Below the pieces are notes generated by a model that made no database searches, was not told where the DNA came from, and saw only the letters and a program-made list of their open reading frames with translations. A DNA stretch of 41,543 bases, taken from contig JAQBCN010000060.1 of NCBI GenBank assembly GCA_032125195.1, forward strand, positions 1 through 41,543. The letters run 5' to 3'. The stretch is from Deltaproteobacteria bacterium. GTDB lineage: Bacteria > Desulfobacterota > Deferrimicrobia > Deferrimicrobiales > Deferrimicrobiaceae. Positions 1-9,572 of the stretch are shown here, piece after piece (within the stretch, counting starts at the first letter, position 1; each line of letters begins with the position of its first letter). A program made the position numbers and the translations under genes.

Positions 1-1
1 G

Positions 2-73
2 ACGAGGTTCGCCAACCAGGTGAGGCTTTACGCGGTATTGGGCGGAGGGGGCGACCCGGACGTGCCGCGATGA
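2..73 (+). CDS. 3' end of a probable outer-membrane efflux factor (NodT/OprM/TolC family), partial
   Basis: Frame 2 reads TRFANQVRLYAVLGGGGDPDVPR*, resembling the 'N.V.LY.ALGGG' C-terminus of OprM/NodT proteins. Only 23 codons are visible. Confidence 0.6.
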   Translation, partial: TRFANQVRLYAVLGGGGDPDVPR

Positions 74-136
74 CCTTTTCGGGGATTTACATCCGGAAGC
101 GGCCGTCCACCGCAGAAGGCTCGCGCTACCCTTAGG

Positions 137-1306
137 TCAGCGCTCCCCCCCCGCCCTCCACGGCAGCGGGAGAAGGAGGGCGAGCACGACGCCGATCACG
201 GGGAGGATGTTGATCGCGTTCGTGGCGACCGGGACGCCGTATCGGTCGGCGACCGCTCCGATCAGGGTGACGCCGACGCCGCCCGTGCCGATGGCGAACC
301 CGGCGATCGCGCCCGAGGCCGTGGCCATCCGCTTCGGGAACAGTTCCTGGGCCATGACGATCGTGACCGAGAAGGTCGAGACGATCGTCCCGCCCAGGAG
401 CGCGGCCGAGGCGAAGACCATCCACCCCGACGACCGCAGGAACAGGAAGATCAGGGGGATCTGCAGGGCGACGGAGAACAAGAGGAGCCGGCGGTGCCCG
501 AACCGGTCCGCCAGCGGTCCCCCGATCAATGTGCCCACGGTGCCCGAGCCGAGGAAGAAGAAGAGGAGGGTCGCCACGTACGCGGGGTCGCTCGAAAGCT
601 GCTCCTGGTAGATGAAGGGGATGTAGGTAGCGAGCCCCAACTGCGTCCATGAGCGCAGCACCACGATCAGGATGATGAGCGACACGGCGTAGAGGGGGTG
701 CTCCACGCCGCTCATCGCGCTCTTCCGCGGAGCGGAGGATGCCGATTCGATCCGGCTCCGGATGGCGGGCATGGCGGGGAGGAGCAGGAGCGCCGCCAGC
801 GCGGTAGGGATCAGCAGGCCGGACGCCCCCGGGAGACCGTACCGGGAGACGAGGAAGATCGCCGCCGGGGAGCCGATGGCCCACCCGAGGTTCCCCCCGA
901 CGGAAAAGAAGGCCATCCCCGTTGCGCGCCGCTCCGACGCGATGCAGGCGGTCGCCTTGAACCCTTCCGGGTGGAACGCCGCGGTGCCGAGCCCCATGAA
1001 CATGATGAACGCCACCAGCCAGCCGAACGACGGGGAGAACGGGACCAGCGCGATCCCGACGCCGGAGATCGCGCACCCCAGCGGCAGCAGGATCGGGAAG
1101 GGGCGTCGGTCCGTCACGTAGCCGAACAGCGGCTGGATCACCGACGAGGTGAGGTGCGCCGCCATCAGCAGCGCTCCCGCGGCGGCGTACGTCAGGTCGA
1201 ACCGCTCCTTGAGGTACGGGAGGAGCGCCGGCAGGGCCCCCTGCACGATGTCCGTGCACATGTGCCCGAAGGAGAGGAGGAAGAGCAGGACGGCGGAGGA
1301 GTTCAC
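137..1306 (-). CDS. MFS transporter, Fsr (fosmidomycin-resistance)-like
   Basis: 389 aa with about 12 hydrophobic segments. Motifs SSVIQPLFGYVTDRR, GTAAFHPEG, FSVGGNLG and GGPLADRFGHR. GTG start overlaps the epmA stop (GTGA, 1303-1306). Confidence 0.88.
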   Translation of the reverse strand: MNSSAVLLFLLSFGHMCTDIVQGALPALLPYLKERFDLTYAAAGALLMAAHLTSSVIQPLFGYVTDRRPFPILLPLGCAISGVGIALVPFSPSFGWLVAFIMFMGLGTAAFHPEGFKATACIASERRATGMAFFSVGGNLGWAIGSPAAIFLVSRYGLPGASGLLIPTALAALLLLPAMPAIRSRIESASSAPRKSAMSGVEHPLYAVSLIILIVVLRSWTQLGLATYIPFIYQEQLSSDPAYVATLLFFFLGSGTVGTLIGGPLADRFGHRRLLLFSVALQIPLIFLFLRSSGWMVFASAALLGGTIVSTFSVTIVMAQELFPKRMATASGAIAGFAIGTGGVGVTLIGAVADRYGVPVATNAINILPVIGVVLALLLPLPWRAGGER

Positions 1307-2319
1307 CGGTACATCCCGTCCGCGATGTCGTTCTTCCCCAGCAGGAGCATGACGAGCCGGTCGACCCCCAGCGCGGCGCCCGCGCAGGGGGGAAGGCCGA
1401 GGCGCATCGCGTCGAGAAATCCAGGGTCCACCGGGAGCGTCTCGCCGGTCGATCGCCGGTGCCGCCCGGTCAGCGCAAGCAGGCGGGCCTCCTGCTCCGC
1501 GGGGTCGGTCAGCTCCTCGTACCCGTTGACCAGCTCGACGCCGCCCACGAACCCCTCGAACCGCTCCGACACCTCGGGGCGTCCGGGGCGACGGCGCGCC
1601 ATTGCGCCGAGGGCCGTGGGGTACCCGGTCAGGAAACAGGCGCCGCGATCACCGAGCGCCGGCTCCACCACGTCGAGGCAGGCCCGGTGGAAGAGGTCCT
1701 CCCACGATTCGTCCGCTCCCGGACGCAACCCCTTGCGGTCGAGCGCTTCGCGCAACTCCTTCGCATCCTTCATGCCGGTACCGAGGAGCTCCCGGAACGC
1801 GTCGGCGAGCTCCCACCGGGGCCACGGCCCGTCGACCGGGATCCTCCTGCCGTCGCCGTGAAGGACCGCCTCGCCGTCGATCGTGCGGGCCAGCGTCCCG
1901 ACCAGTTCCTCGGCGTCCCGCATCACGGCGTCGGCGTCGCCGCCCACCCGGTACCATTCGAGCAACGTGAACTCGGGGGAGTGGAGGGGCGAACCTTCAC
2001 GGTCCCGGAACACCTTCCCGAGGAAGAAGATGTCTCCGGATCCGGCGGCGAGAAGCTTCTTCATCGCGGGTTCGGGGGAGGTGTGCAGGTAGAACCGCGC
2101 CGCCTCGCCGGTGGCATCGGCGATCCTCACCGGAAAGATGTTCGGGTCGATGTTCGGGTACGCCTGCGCGATCGGCGGGTCCACCTCGAGGAATCCCCGC
2201 TCCCGGAAGAAGGTACGGATCCCCTCGTGGACCCGGGCCCGCGCCCGAAGCGCCTCCCACGGCAGTTCCCCGCCCGCGAGCCGCCGCCACGTTTCCTTCC
2301 GCCCTTCCTCCGCGCACAT
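1303..2319 (-). CDS. epmA: EF-P lysine aminoacylase (LysRS catalytic-domain paralogue, GenX/PoxA)
   Basis: 338 aa with no anticodon-binding domain. Motifs FFRERGFLEVDPP, YLHTSPEPAMKKLLAAG, FRDREGSPLHSPEFTLLEWYR, ERFE, ELVNGYEELTDPAEQ and GAALGVDRLVM. Confidence 0.9.
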   Translation of the reverse strand: MCAEEGRKETWRRLAGGELPWEALRARARVHEGIRTFFRERGFLEVDPPIAQAYPNIDPNIFPVRIADATGEAARFYLHTSPEPAMKKLLAAGSGDIFFLGKVFRDREGSPLHSPEFTLLEWYRVGGDADAVMRDAEELVGTLARTIDGEAVLHGDGRRIPVDGPWPRWELADAFRELLGTGMKDAKELREALDRKGLRPGADESWEDLFHRACLDVVEPALGDRGACFLTGYPTALGAMARRRPGRPEVSERFEGFVGGVELVNGYEELTDPAEQEARLLALTGRHRRSTGETLPVDPGFLDAMRLGLPPCAGAALGVDRLVMLLLGKNDIADGMYR

Positions 2320-2385
2320 CTATTCTATTTACCCCGGATCCCGCCCGCGGTAAAGCGCCCGCTCCCGGAACGCGGGTCTCGGGGC

Positions 2386-2391
2386 TATAAT
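2386..2391 (+). promoter_or_regulatory. Candidate sigma-70 -10 element (TATAAT) for the pxpBCA-liv operon
   Basis: Perfect TATAAT 20 nt upstream of the pxpB ATG (2411) in a GC-rich context. No convincing -35. Confidence 0.45.
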
Positions 2392-2410
2392 GAGGTCCTC
2401 CGGGGGGAAC

Positions 2411-3133
2411 ATGGACACGGTGCGGATGCTCGTTGCGGGGGAGCAGGGTCTCATCGTGGAATTCGGGAACGCCATCGACCCGGTGGTCAACGCCCGGGTC
2501 CTCCGGCTGGCCCGCGCGATGGCCGCGCGCGGCCTGGAGGGCGTCCTCGAAACCGTCCCAACCTACCGATCCCTCCTCGTGCTGTTCGACCCCCTGGTCC
2601 TGCCGAGAGAGCGGCTTGCCTCGGAAGTCGAGGGGCTTCTCGCCGCCCCCGCCGCCGTAGAGGCGCCGGGCGCGGGCGGAAACACGGTCGAACTCCCCGT
2701 CCTGTACGGAGGAGAGTTCGGCCCCGACCTCGCCTTCGTAGCGCAGCACAACGGCCTCTCCCCCGAAGAGGTGATCTCGTTCCACTCCTCCCCCGCTTAC
2801 CTCGTTTATATGATCGGTTTCACCCCCGGGTTCCCTTACCTCGGCGGGATGTCTTCGCGGCTCGCGACTCCGCGCCTCCCGTCCCCCCGGGTGAAGGTGC
2901 CCCCCGGGTCGGTGGGGATCGCGGGGAACCAGACGGGAGTGTACCCCCTGGAGAGCCCGGGGGGGTGGCGGCTGATCGGGCGGACGCCGCTGCGCCTCTT
3001 CGACGTGGACGCGGAGCGGCCGTTCCTCCTCGCCCCGGGGGACCTCGTCCGGTTCCGGCCGGTGGACGAGGAGGAGTACTGGGCCTACCTCCAGGTGGAG
3101 GAGATCCGGGCGTTCGAGCGGAGGGGGCGGTGA
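2411..3133 (+). CDS. pxpB: 5-oxoprolinase subunit B (KipI / allophanate hydrolase subunit 1 family)
   Basis: Motifs ETVPTYRSLLV, ELPVLYGGEFGPDL, YLVYMIGFTPGFPYLGG, PPGSVGIAG and YPLESPGGWRLIGRTP. Start chosen at ATG 2411. Confidence 0.92.
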   Translation: MDTVRMLVAGEQGLIVEFGNAIDPVVNARVLRLARAMAARGLEGVLETVPTYRSLLVLFDPLVLPRERLASEVEGLLAAPAAVEAPGAGGNTVELPVLYGGEFGPDLAFVAQHNGLSPEEVISFHSSPAYLVYMIGFTPGFPYLGGMSSRLATPRLPSPRVKVPPGSVGIAGNQTGVYPLESPGGWRLIGRTPLRLFDVDAERPFLLAPGDLVRFRPVDEEEYWAYLQVEEIRAFERRGR

Positions 3134-4089
3134 TCATCGTCCTTTCGCCCGGCTTCCTCACGACCGTGCAGGACGAGGGCCGCCGCGGATACCGGGCATT
3201 CGGCATGCCGTATGCGGGAGCGATGGACCGGTACTCCCTCGCGGCGGCGAATCTCCTGGCGGGGAATCCGCCGGGGGCGGCCGCGCTGGAGATGACGCTG
3301 ACCGGCGGATCGTTCCGCTTCGAGGAAGCGGCGTACGTCGCGCTGTGCGGCGCGGACATGGGAGCGGCGCTGGAGGGGGCCCCGGCGGGAAACTGGGCCG
3401 CCTTCCCCGCCGCCTCCGGGGCGACGCTTTCCTTCGGGCCCGCCGCGCGCGGATGCCGCGCCTACCTCGCCGTGCGCGGGGGGATCGAGGTGCCCGCTGT
3501 CCTCGGGAGCCGGTCCACCTACACGCGTGCCGGCGTCGGCGGCGTCGGCGGGCGGGCCCTCGTCGAGGGGGACATATTGCGTATCGGCCCGGCGCCGTCG
3601 GCCGGACCGCTTCCCGCCCGACGGTCCCTGCCCGGCCGGCTTGTCCCCCCCCCGTGCGGGGGGGAGGTCCGGCTTCGCGTCCTTCCCGGCCCGCAGGAAG
3701 AGATGTTCGCTTCGGACGGGATCGACACCTTCTATTCCTCCCCGTACAAGGTGACCGATCGGAACGACCGGATGGGGTACCGCCTCGAAGGCCCGGCGGT
3801 CCGGCACAAAGGGGGGGCGGACATCCTCACGGACGCCCTTGCCCCGGGGGCGGTCCAGGTGCCGGGAGACGGCATGCCGATCGTGATGATGGCGGATTGC
3901 CAGACCGCGGGAGGGTACGCTAAGATCGGAACGGTCATCGGTGCGGACCTGCGCCTGCTGGCCCAGTCGCGGCGCGGTGACGCGGTGCATTTTCTCCAAT
4001 GCCCGGAAAAAGAGGCCGTCGCGGCGTTGCGCGAGGAGCGCGCGGCGTACGCGGCGATCCGGGAACGGTTCCCGGACGCAGGGGAGTAA
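3130..4089 (+). CDS. pxpC: 5-oxoprolinase subunit C (KipA family)
   Basis: C-terminal part of the 1459..4089 ORF. GTG 3130 overlaps the pxpB stop. Motifs PGFLTTVQDEGR, GCRAYLAVRGG, LGSRST, DRMGYRLEG, GAVQVP and DCQTAGGYAKI. Confidence 0.9.
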   Translation: MIIVLSPGFLTTVQDEGRRGYRAFGMPYAGAMDRYSLAAANLLAGNPPGAAALEMTLTGGSFRFEEAAYVALCGADMGAALEGAPAGNWAAFPAASGATLSFGPAARGCRAYLAVRGGIEVPAVLGSRSTYTRAGVGGVGGRALVEGDILRIGPAPSAGPLPARRSLPGRLVPPPCGGEVRLRVLPGPQEEMFASDGIDTFYSSPYKVTDRNDRMGYRLEGPAVRHKGGADILTDALAPGAVQVPGDGMPIVMMADCQTAGGYAKIGTVIGADLRLLAQSRRGDAVHFLQCPEKEAVAALREERAAYAAIRERFPDAGE

Positions 4090-4093
4090 ACGA

Positions 4094-4852
4094 ATGCAGA
4101 TCGACCTGAATTGCGACATGGGGGAAGGGTTCGGCCGCTACGACATCGGGCAGGATGCGGAGGCGATGCCACTGATCTCTTCCGCGAACGTCGCGTGCGG
4201 CTTCCACGCCTCCGACCCCGGCACGATGCACCGGACGGTGAAGCTCGCGAAGGAATACGATGTCGCCGTCGGGGCGCACCCCTCCTTTCCGGACCGGGTG
4301 GGGTTCGGGCGCCGGGAGATGTCGGCGTCCCCGGCGGAGATCCGCGACGACGTGATGTACCAGGTGGGAGCGTTGCTGGCGTTCTGCAAGGCCGAAGGGG
4401 TGCCCCTTCGGCACGTCAAACCTCACGGCGCATTGTACAATATGGCGGCGAGGGAGATCGAGGTGGCGAGGGCGATCGCGGCGGCGGTCCGCTCGGTCGA
4501 TCCTTCGCTGTACCTGGTGTGTCTCTGCGGCTCGAACCTGGTGGCTGCCGCAAAGGAGGCGGGATTGCCGTACGCCGAGGAGGCGTTCGCGGACCGGGGG
4601 TACCGAAAAGACGGGAAACTCGTCCCGCGCCGGGAGCACGGGGCGGTCCTCGTCGAACCGGCCGAGGTGGCGGAGCGGGTCGTTCGAATGGTCCGTGACG
4701 GCGAGGTGACGACCGTCGACGGGATGGACATCGCCATCGCCCCGAAGACGATCTGTGTCCACGGCGACACCCCCGGGGCGGTGAAGATGCTCCGGGCGAT
4801 CCGGGCACTGGCGGGAAAAGAGGGGATTCGGATCAAAGCGTTCAGCGAATGA
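4094..4852 (+). CDS. pxpA: 5-oxoprolinase subunit A (LamB/YcsF family)
   Basis: Motifs IDLNCDMGEGFG, SANVACGFHA, GAHPSFPDRVGFGRR, HVKPHGALYN, EAFADRGY and TICVHGD. Confidence 0.93.
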   Translation: MQIDLNCDMGEGFGRYDIGQDAEAMPLISSANVACGFHASDPGTMHRTVKLAKEYDVAVGAHPSFPDRVGFGRREMSASPAEIRDDVMYQVGALLAFCKAEGVPLRHVKPHGALYNMAAREIEVARAIAAAVRSVDPSLYLVCLCGSNLVAAAKEAGLPYAEEAFADRGYRKDGKLVPRREHGAVLVEPAEVAERVVRMVRDGEVTTVDGMDIAIAPKTICVHGDTPGAVKMLRAIRALAGKEGIRIKAFSE

Positions 4853-4974
4853 AGAAAGATGGAATAATCCTGCGGCGGGAAAAGAGGGGAGGTGACAGAA
4901 AGGGAATTCGGTTTGAGGCGGGGCGGCCGGATCCTCCCCGGGGGTGGAAAACCAGGAAGGAAAGGAGAAGGAAA

Positions 4975-6246
4975 ATGAAGAAGACGTGGCGCATGGTGTA
5001 CGTGACGGTGGGCGTTTTTCTTTGGTTTTCGGCGTTTCCTGCCGCCGGCGCGTGGGCGGCGGACCCGGTCCGGATCGGGGCGATCTATCCCCTGACCGGA
5101 CCCGCGGCGTCCACGGGCGCCGAGATGACGGACGCGATCACCCTGGCGGTCGACATCATCAACGGGAAGTACGACCTTGACCTGCCGCTTGCCAGGACGG
5201 AAGGGTTGCCGAACCTGAAGGGCGCCACGATCAAGGTGATCTTCGCCGACCACCAGGGGAAGCCGGATATCGGCCAGGCGGAAGCGGAGCGGATGATCAC
5301 CACCGAGAAAGTCGCGGCCCTGATGGGCTGCTACTACAGCTCGGTGACCACAACGGCCTCCATCGCGGCGGAGCGCCACAAGATCCCCTTCCTGAACCCC
5401 GAGTCCACCGACCCCAAGCTCACGGAGCGCGGGTTCCGGTACTTCTTCCGGACCACCCCCTTCGACGATCCCTTCGCGGAGAATTTCTTCCAGTTCCTGG
5501 ATGACATGAAAAAGAAGAAGAAGGTGAAAATCGACTCGGTGGCGATCGTCCACGAAAACACCAGCTTCGGAATGGGCGTGTTGGTCTCGGAGAAAAAGTA
5601 TGCCGAAAAATACGGATATAAAGTCGTTGCGGAAATCATGTATGCGGAAAAGGCCACGAGCCTCGTTTCCGAAGTGCAGAAGCTGAGGGCCTCGGGAGCG
5701 GATGTCGTGATGCCCGCCTCCTACACGGCGGATGCCATTCTTTACATGAAGACGTTCAAGGATCTCCGGTACATGCCCCAGGCGATCCTCGCCATGGATG
5801 CCGGATACATCGCCGAGGATTACCGGAAGACGTTGGGGAAGGACGGCGAGTATGTGTTGTCCCGCGAGGTCTGGGCGTTGGACCTCGCCAAGAAGAAGCC
5901 GATGATCGCCACGGTGAACGAGATCTACAAGAAGCGGTTCGGGCGCGACATGAACGGCAACTCGGCCCGCTCCTTCACGGGGATGATGGTGCTGGCCGAC
6001 GCGATCAACCGGGCGGGCTCAACGGACTCCGAGAAGATCCGCGAGGCGCTGGAGAAGTACACCTTGTCCGGAGACAATATGATCATGCCGTGGGAGGGCG
6101 TGGCGTTTGACGCGAAGACGCACCAGAACACGAAAGGCAGGGGGATCATCGTGCAGCTCATCGACGGTCAGTTTCACACCGTCTGGCCGTTCGAACTCGC
6201 GTCGCGCGACGTGATCTGGCCGATCCCCGCCTGGGACAAGCGGTAG
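4975..6246 (+). CDS. ABC transporter substrate-binding protein, branched-chain amino acid (LivK-like) family
   Basis: AAGGAG-type SD before ATG 4975. Signal peptide ending AWA, then VRIGAIYPLTGPAA and YFFRTTP. Followed by livHMGF-like genes. Confidence 0.88.
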   Translation: MKKTWRMVYVTVGVFLWFSAFPAAGAWAADPVRIGAIYPLTGPAASTGAEMTDAITLAVDIINGKYDLDLPLARTEGLPNLKGATIKVIFADHQGKPDIGQAEAERMITTEKVAALMGCYYSSVTTTASIAAERHKIPFLNPESTDPKLTERGFRYFFRTTPFDDPFAENFFQFLDDMKKKKKVKIDSVAIVHENTSFGMGVLVSEKKYAEKYGYKVVAEIMYAEKATSLVSEVQKLRASGADVVMPASYTADAILYMKTFKDLRYMPQAILAMDAGYIAEDYRKTLGKDGEYVLSREVWALDLAKKKPMIATVNEIYKKRFGRDMNGNSARSFTGMMVLADAINRAGSTDSEKIREALEKYTLSGDNMIMPWEGVAFDAKTHQNTKGRGIIVQLIDGQFHTVWPFELASRDVIWPIPAWDKR

Positions 6247-6261
6247 AAAACCCGGCACGGG

Positions 6262-7137
6262 GTGTCCAGCATGTTCCTGCCGGAACTGGCCCAGTCGCTC
6301 CTGAGCGGTGTCCTGATGGGGCTCATCTTCGCCCTCGTGGCGGTGGGACTCACCCTCATCTGGGGGATCATGGACATCGTCAACTTCGCCCACGGCGATT
6401 TCCTGATGACGGGGATGTACCTTTCCTTCTGGATGTACTCCCTGTGGGGGATCGATCCCCTCCTGTCGCTGCCCGTCTCGGGAATCTTCCTATTCTTCCT
6501 CGGTGTCGTCGTGTATCAATTGATCATCCGGCGGATCCTGGGCGCCCCGATGCTCATCCAGATCTTCGCAACCTTCGGTCTCATGATTCTGATGCGCTAT
6601 GTCGCGTTTTACTTCTTCACGCCCAACTACCGTACCATTCAACACACGTTTCTCTCGGGGAGCATCGATCTTGGCGGTATATACCTCCCCGTTCCGCAAT
6701 TAGCGGCTGCCGCGGGCGCTTTCCTCACCACGGGAGCGGTCTACGTGCTGATCCACAGGACCCGGATCGGGGGGGCGCTGCAGGCCACGGCGGAGGACCG
6801 GGAAGCGGCGGCGCTCATGGGGATCGACACGGACAGGATGTTCACGCTCGCCTGGGGGATCGGGGCGGCCACGGCGGGAATCGCCGGGTCGCTCCTGTCC
6901 ATCTTTTTTTACATCTTCCCCGAGGTCGGCGGGATCTTCGGCCTGATCGCCTTCGTTGCCGTGACACTCGGCGGCTTCGGGAACGTGGCGGGAGCCTTCG
7001 TCGCGGGCATACTCATCGGCGTCATCGAAGCGTTGGCCGGGCATTTCTACGACCCGGCGCTCAAGACGGTGTTCGTTTACGCCCTGTTCCTTGGAGTGCT
7101 CTTTTTCCGCCCCCAGGGACTCCTCGGAGTGAAGTAG
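6262..7137 (+). CDS. livH: Branched-chain amino acid ABC permease (LivH-like)
   Basis: Motifs ALVAVGLTLIWGIMDIVNFAHG, EDREAAALMGID, LGGFGN and FRPQGLLG. Start may be ATG 6271. Confidence 0.88.
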   Translation: MSSMFLPELAQSLLSGVLMGLIFALVAVGLTLIWGIMDIVNFAHGDFLMTGMYLSFWMYSLWGIDPLLSLPVSGIFLFFLGVVVYQLIIRRILGAPMLIQIFATFGLMILMRYVAFYFFTPNYRTIQHTFLSGSIDLGGIYLPVPQLAAAAGAFLTTGAVYVLIHRTRIGGALQATAEDREAAALMGIDTDRMFTLAWGIGAATAGIAGSLLSIFFYIFPEVGGIFGLIAFVAVTLGGFGNVAGAFVAGILIGVIEALAGHFYDPALKTVFVYALFLGVLFFRPQGLLGVK

Positions 7138-8106
7138 GTGAAGGCTGCTGTCCTGGGAAAAAGGGGGCGATACGCCCTGCACGGGGCGATGCTTGCCGCC
7201 GCCGTCGCCTACCCGTTCGTTTTCCGAAAGCCGTTCCCGCAGGACCTGGCGATCAAGATCTTCCTCTTCGGGGGGCTGGCGTCGGCCTGGAACGTGCTCG
7301 GGGGGTTCACGGGGCAGGTATCGCTTGGAAACGCGATCTTCTTCGGCGTGGGCGCCTACGCGACCGCGGTGGTCCAGACCCATTGGGGATGGACGCCGTG
7401 GGTCGGCATGGTCCTCGGCATGGGCGTCGCTTGCGGCGTCGCCTTCGTCATAGGATACCCCTGCTTCCGCCTCAAGGGGCACTACTTCGCCATGGCCACG
7501 CTTGCCATCGGCGAGGTGTTCTCGACCCTGTTCATGAACTGGCAGTGGGTGGGCGGAGCGGTCGGGGTGTACATCCCCCTCCGGGACGACACGTGGAAAT
7601 ATTTCCAGTTCGGAACCACGAAGCTTCCGTACTACTACGTGACCCTCGCCTTCCTGGTCCTCGCTCTTCTGATCTCCGAGGGGATCCTTCGCTCTCGCAT
7701 GGGGTACTACTTCAGGGCGATCCGGGAGGACCAGGACGCCGCCCGGTCGCTGGGTGTCTCCGCCCGCGGTTACAAGCTCTCGGCCATCGGGATCTCCGCC
7801 ATGATCACGTCGCTGGGGGGAGGGCTCTACGCGCAATACGTCCTGTTCATCGATCCCCCCTCCGTTTTCCCGATGATGCTCTCCATCCAGGTCGTGCTGC
7901 TGGCGGTCCTTGGAGGCGTCGGCACGCTCTGGGGACCGGTGTTGGGGACCGTTATCCTCATCCCCCTGTCCGAGTTTACGCGGATCTACATCGGAGGCAC
8001 GGGATCGGGGCTCGACCTGATCGCCTACGGTTTTCTGATCGTTCTCGTCTCCGTGGTCCAGCCGCGGGGAATCCTGGGCTTTTTCCGGAAGGGGGGGAAC
8101 GCATGA
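7138..8106 (+). CDS. livM: Branched-chain amino acid ABC permease (LivM-like)
   Basis: Motifs WNVLGGFTGQVSLG, RLKGHYFAMATLA, AIREDQDAARSLG and LGGVGTLWGP. Confidence 0.88.
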   Translation: MKAAVLGKRGRYALHGAMLAAAVAYPFVFRKPFPQDLAIKIFLFGGLASAWNVLGGFTGQVSLGNAIFFGVGAYATAVVQTHWGWTPWVGMVLGMGVACGVAFVIGYPCFRLKGHYFAMATLAIGEVFSTLFMNWQWVGGAVGVYIPLRDDTWKYFQFGTTKLPYYYVTLAFLVLALLISEGILRSRMGYYFRAIREDQDAARSLGVSARGYKLSAIGISAMITSLGGGLYAQYVLFIDPPSVFPMMLSIQVVLLAVLGGVGTLWGPVLGTVILIPLSEFTRIYIGGTGSGLDLIAYGFLIVLVSVVQPRGILGFFRKGGNA

Positions 8107-8831
8107 GCCTGCTCTCCATCTCCGGTGTCGCGAAGCGTTTCGGGGGACTGCTGGCCAACGACGACATCTCCTTCGAGGTCGGGGAGGGAGAGATCATCGG
8201 CCTCATCGGCCCCAACGGCGCGGGGAAGACCACCTTGTTCTCGTGCATCGCCGGATATTTCCCCGTCACTTCGGGGACGATCGTGTTCGACGGGAAGCGG
8301 ATCTCCGGCCTGCCGCCGGAGGCGATCTGTCGACGGGGCATCGCCCGCACCTTCCAGATCGTGCGGGTGTTCAAGGAGATGTCGGTCCTCGAGAACGTGA
8401 TGGTGGGGGCGTTCCTGTCGACCTCCTCGCGCAGGGAGGCGGAAGCGCACGCCCGGGCGGTGCTCGGCCGGGTGGGGCTTTCGGGAAAGGCGGAATCCTT
8501 CGCCCGCAGCCTCACCGTTTCCGAGCAGAAGCGCGTCCAGCTCGCGCGGGCGCTCGCGACCCGCCCCCGGCTCCTTCTCCTCGACGAGGTGATGGCGGGG
8601 CTTACCCCCCAGGAGATCTCGGAGGCGGTATCCCTGGTCCGGACGTTCCGGGAAGACGGTCTCACGATGATCGTGGTCGAGCATGTCATGGAGGCCGTCA
8701 TGCCGATCTCCGACCGGGTCGTCGTGCTCGACTACGGGAAGAAGATCGCGGAGGGGGCGCCGGGCGAAATCGTGCGGGATGAGCGGGTGATCGAGGCGTA
8801 CCTTGGGGTGAAACACCGTGCTTCGCATTGA
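8103..8831 (+). CDS. livG: ABC ATP-binding protein (LivG-like)
   Basis: ATG 8103 overlaps the livM stop. Walker A GPNGAGKT, GIARTFQ, Walker B LLLLDE and VEH. Confidence 0.9.
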   Translation: MSLLSISGVAKRFGGLLANDDISFEVGEGEIIGLIGPNGAGKTTLFSCIAGYFPVTSGTIVFDGKRISGLPPEAICRRGIARTFQIVRVFKEMSVLENVMVGAFLSTSSRREAEAHARAVLGRVGLSGKAESFARSLTVSEQKRVQLARALATRPRLLLLDEVMAGLTPQEISEAVSLVRTFREDGLTMIVVEHVMEAVMPISDRVVVLDYGKKIAEGAPGEIVRDERVIEAYLGVKHRASH

Positions 8832-9525
8832 GCGGATCGCCGTCGATTACGGCGGCGTCCCGGCCATCCACGAGGTGTCCCTGCACGTTCCCGAGGGGGC
8901 GATCGTCGCGGTGGTGGGAGCCAACGGGGCGGGAAAGACCACGCTGCTCAAGACCGTGGCGGGGCTGCTTCACCCGTCCCGCGGGACGATCGCCTTTCAG
9001 GGGAGGGAGATCCACCGGGCCCCGGCCCACGAGGTCCTGAAGATGGGGATCGCGCTGGTTCCCGAGGGGCGAAAGCTCTTCGGGAAGATGTCCGTGCGGC
9101 GAAACCTCGACATGGGGGCGTACACCCGGAGCGACCGGGCGGAGATCGAGCGGAACCTCGATCGGGTCTTCCGGTTCTTCCCGCGCCTCAAGGAACGCCT
9201 TTCGCAACAGGCCGGGACGCTCTCCGGCGGAGAGATGCAGATGCTGGCGATCGGGCGGGCGATGATGTCGAACCCGCGGCTGCTGATGCTGGACGAGCCG
9301 TCCCTCGGGATCGCGCCGAACCTGGTGGACCGGATCTTCGAGGTGATCACCGGGATCAATGCGAATGAGAAGCTCACGATCCTTCTGGTGGAGCAGAACG
9401 TGGTGGAGTCCCTCTCCCTGGCCCACGCCGGCTACGTCATCCAGACCGGGCGCACCGTGCTCTCCGGGACGGGGAAGCAGCTGCTCGATTCCGACATGGT
9501 GAGGAAGGCGTACCTGGGGATGTAG
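8818..9525 (+). CDS. livF: ABC ATP-binding protein (LivF-like)
   Basis: Motifs GANGAGKT, VPEGR, LSGGE, LLMLDEPSLG, LVEQN and AYLG. Confidence 0.9.
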   Translation: MLRIERIAVDYGGVPAIHEVSLHVPEGAIVAVVGANGAGKTTLLKTVAGLLHPSRGTIAFQGREIHRAPAHEVLKMGIALVPEGRKLFGKMSVRRNLDMGAYTRSDRAEIERNLDRVFRFFPRLKERLSQQAGTLSGGEMQMLAIGRAMMSNPRLLMLDEPSLGIAPNLVDRIFEVITGINANEKLTILLVEQNVVESLSLAHAGYVIQTGRTVLSGTGKQLLDSDMVRKAYLGM

Positions 9526-9572
9526 GAACCGCGAGGCGGACCGTTCAGGATGGGGTTGGGGAGGATTCGACG

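Noticed and set aside
1459-3129. Apparent long N-terminal extensions or fusions in ORFs 1459..4089, 6444..8831, 20990..22543, 23129..24844 and 17483..19216
   Set aside because: The extensions overlap other real genes. The true starts lie at stop/start overlaps or SD-supported codons (3130, 8103, 21917, 24527, 17822).
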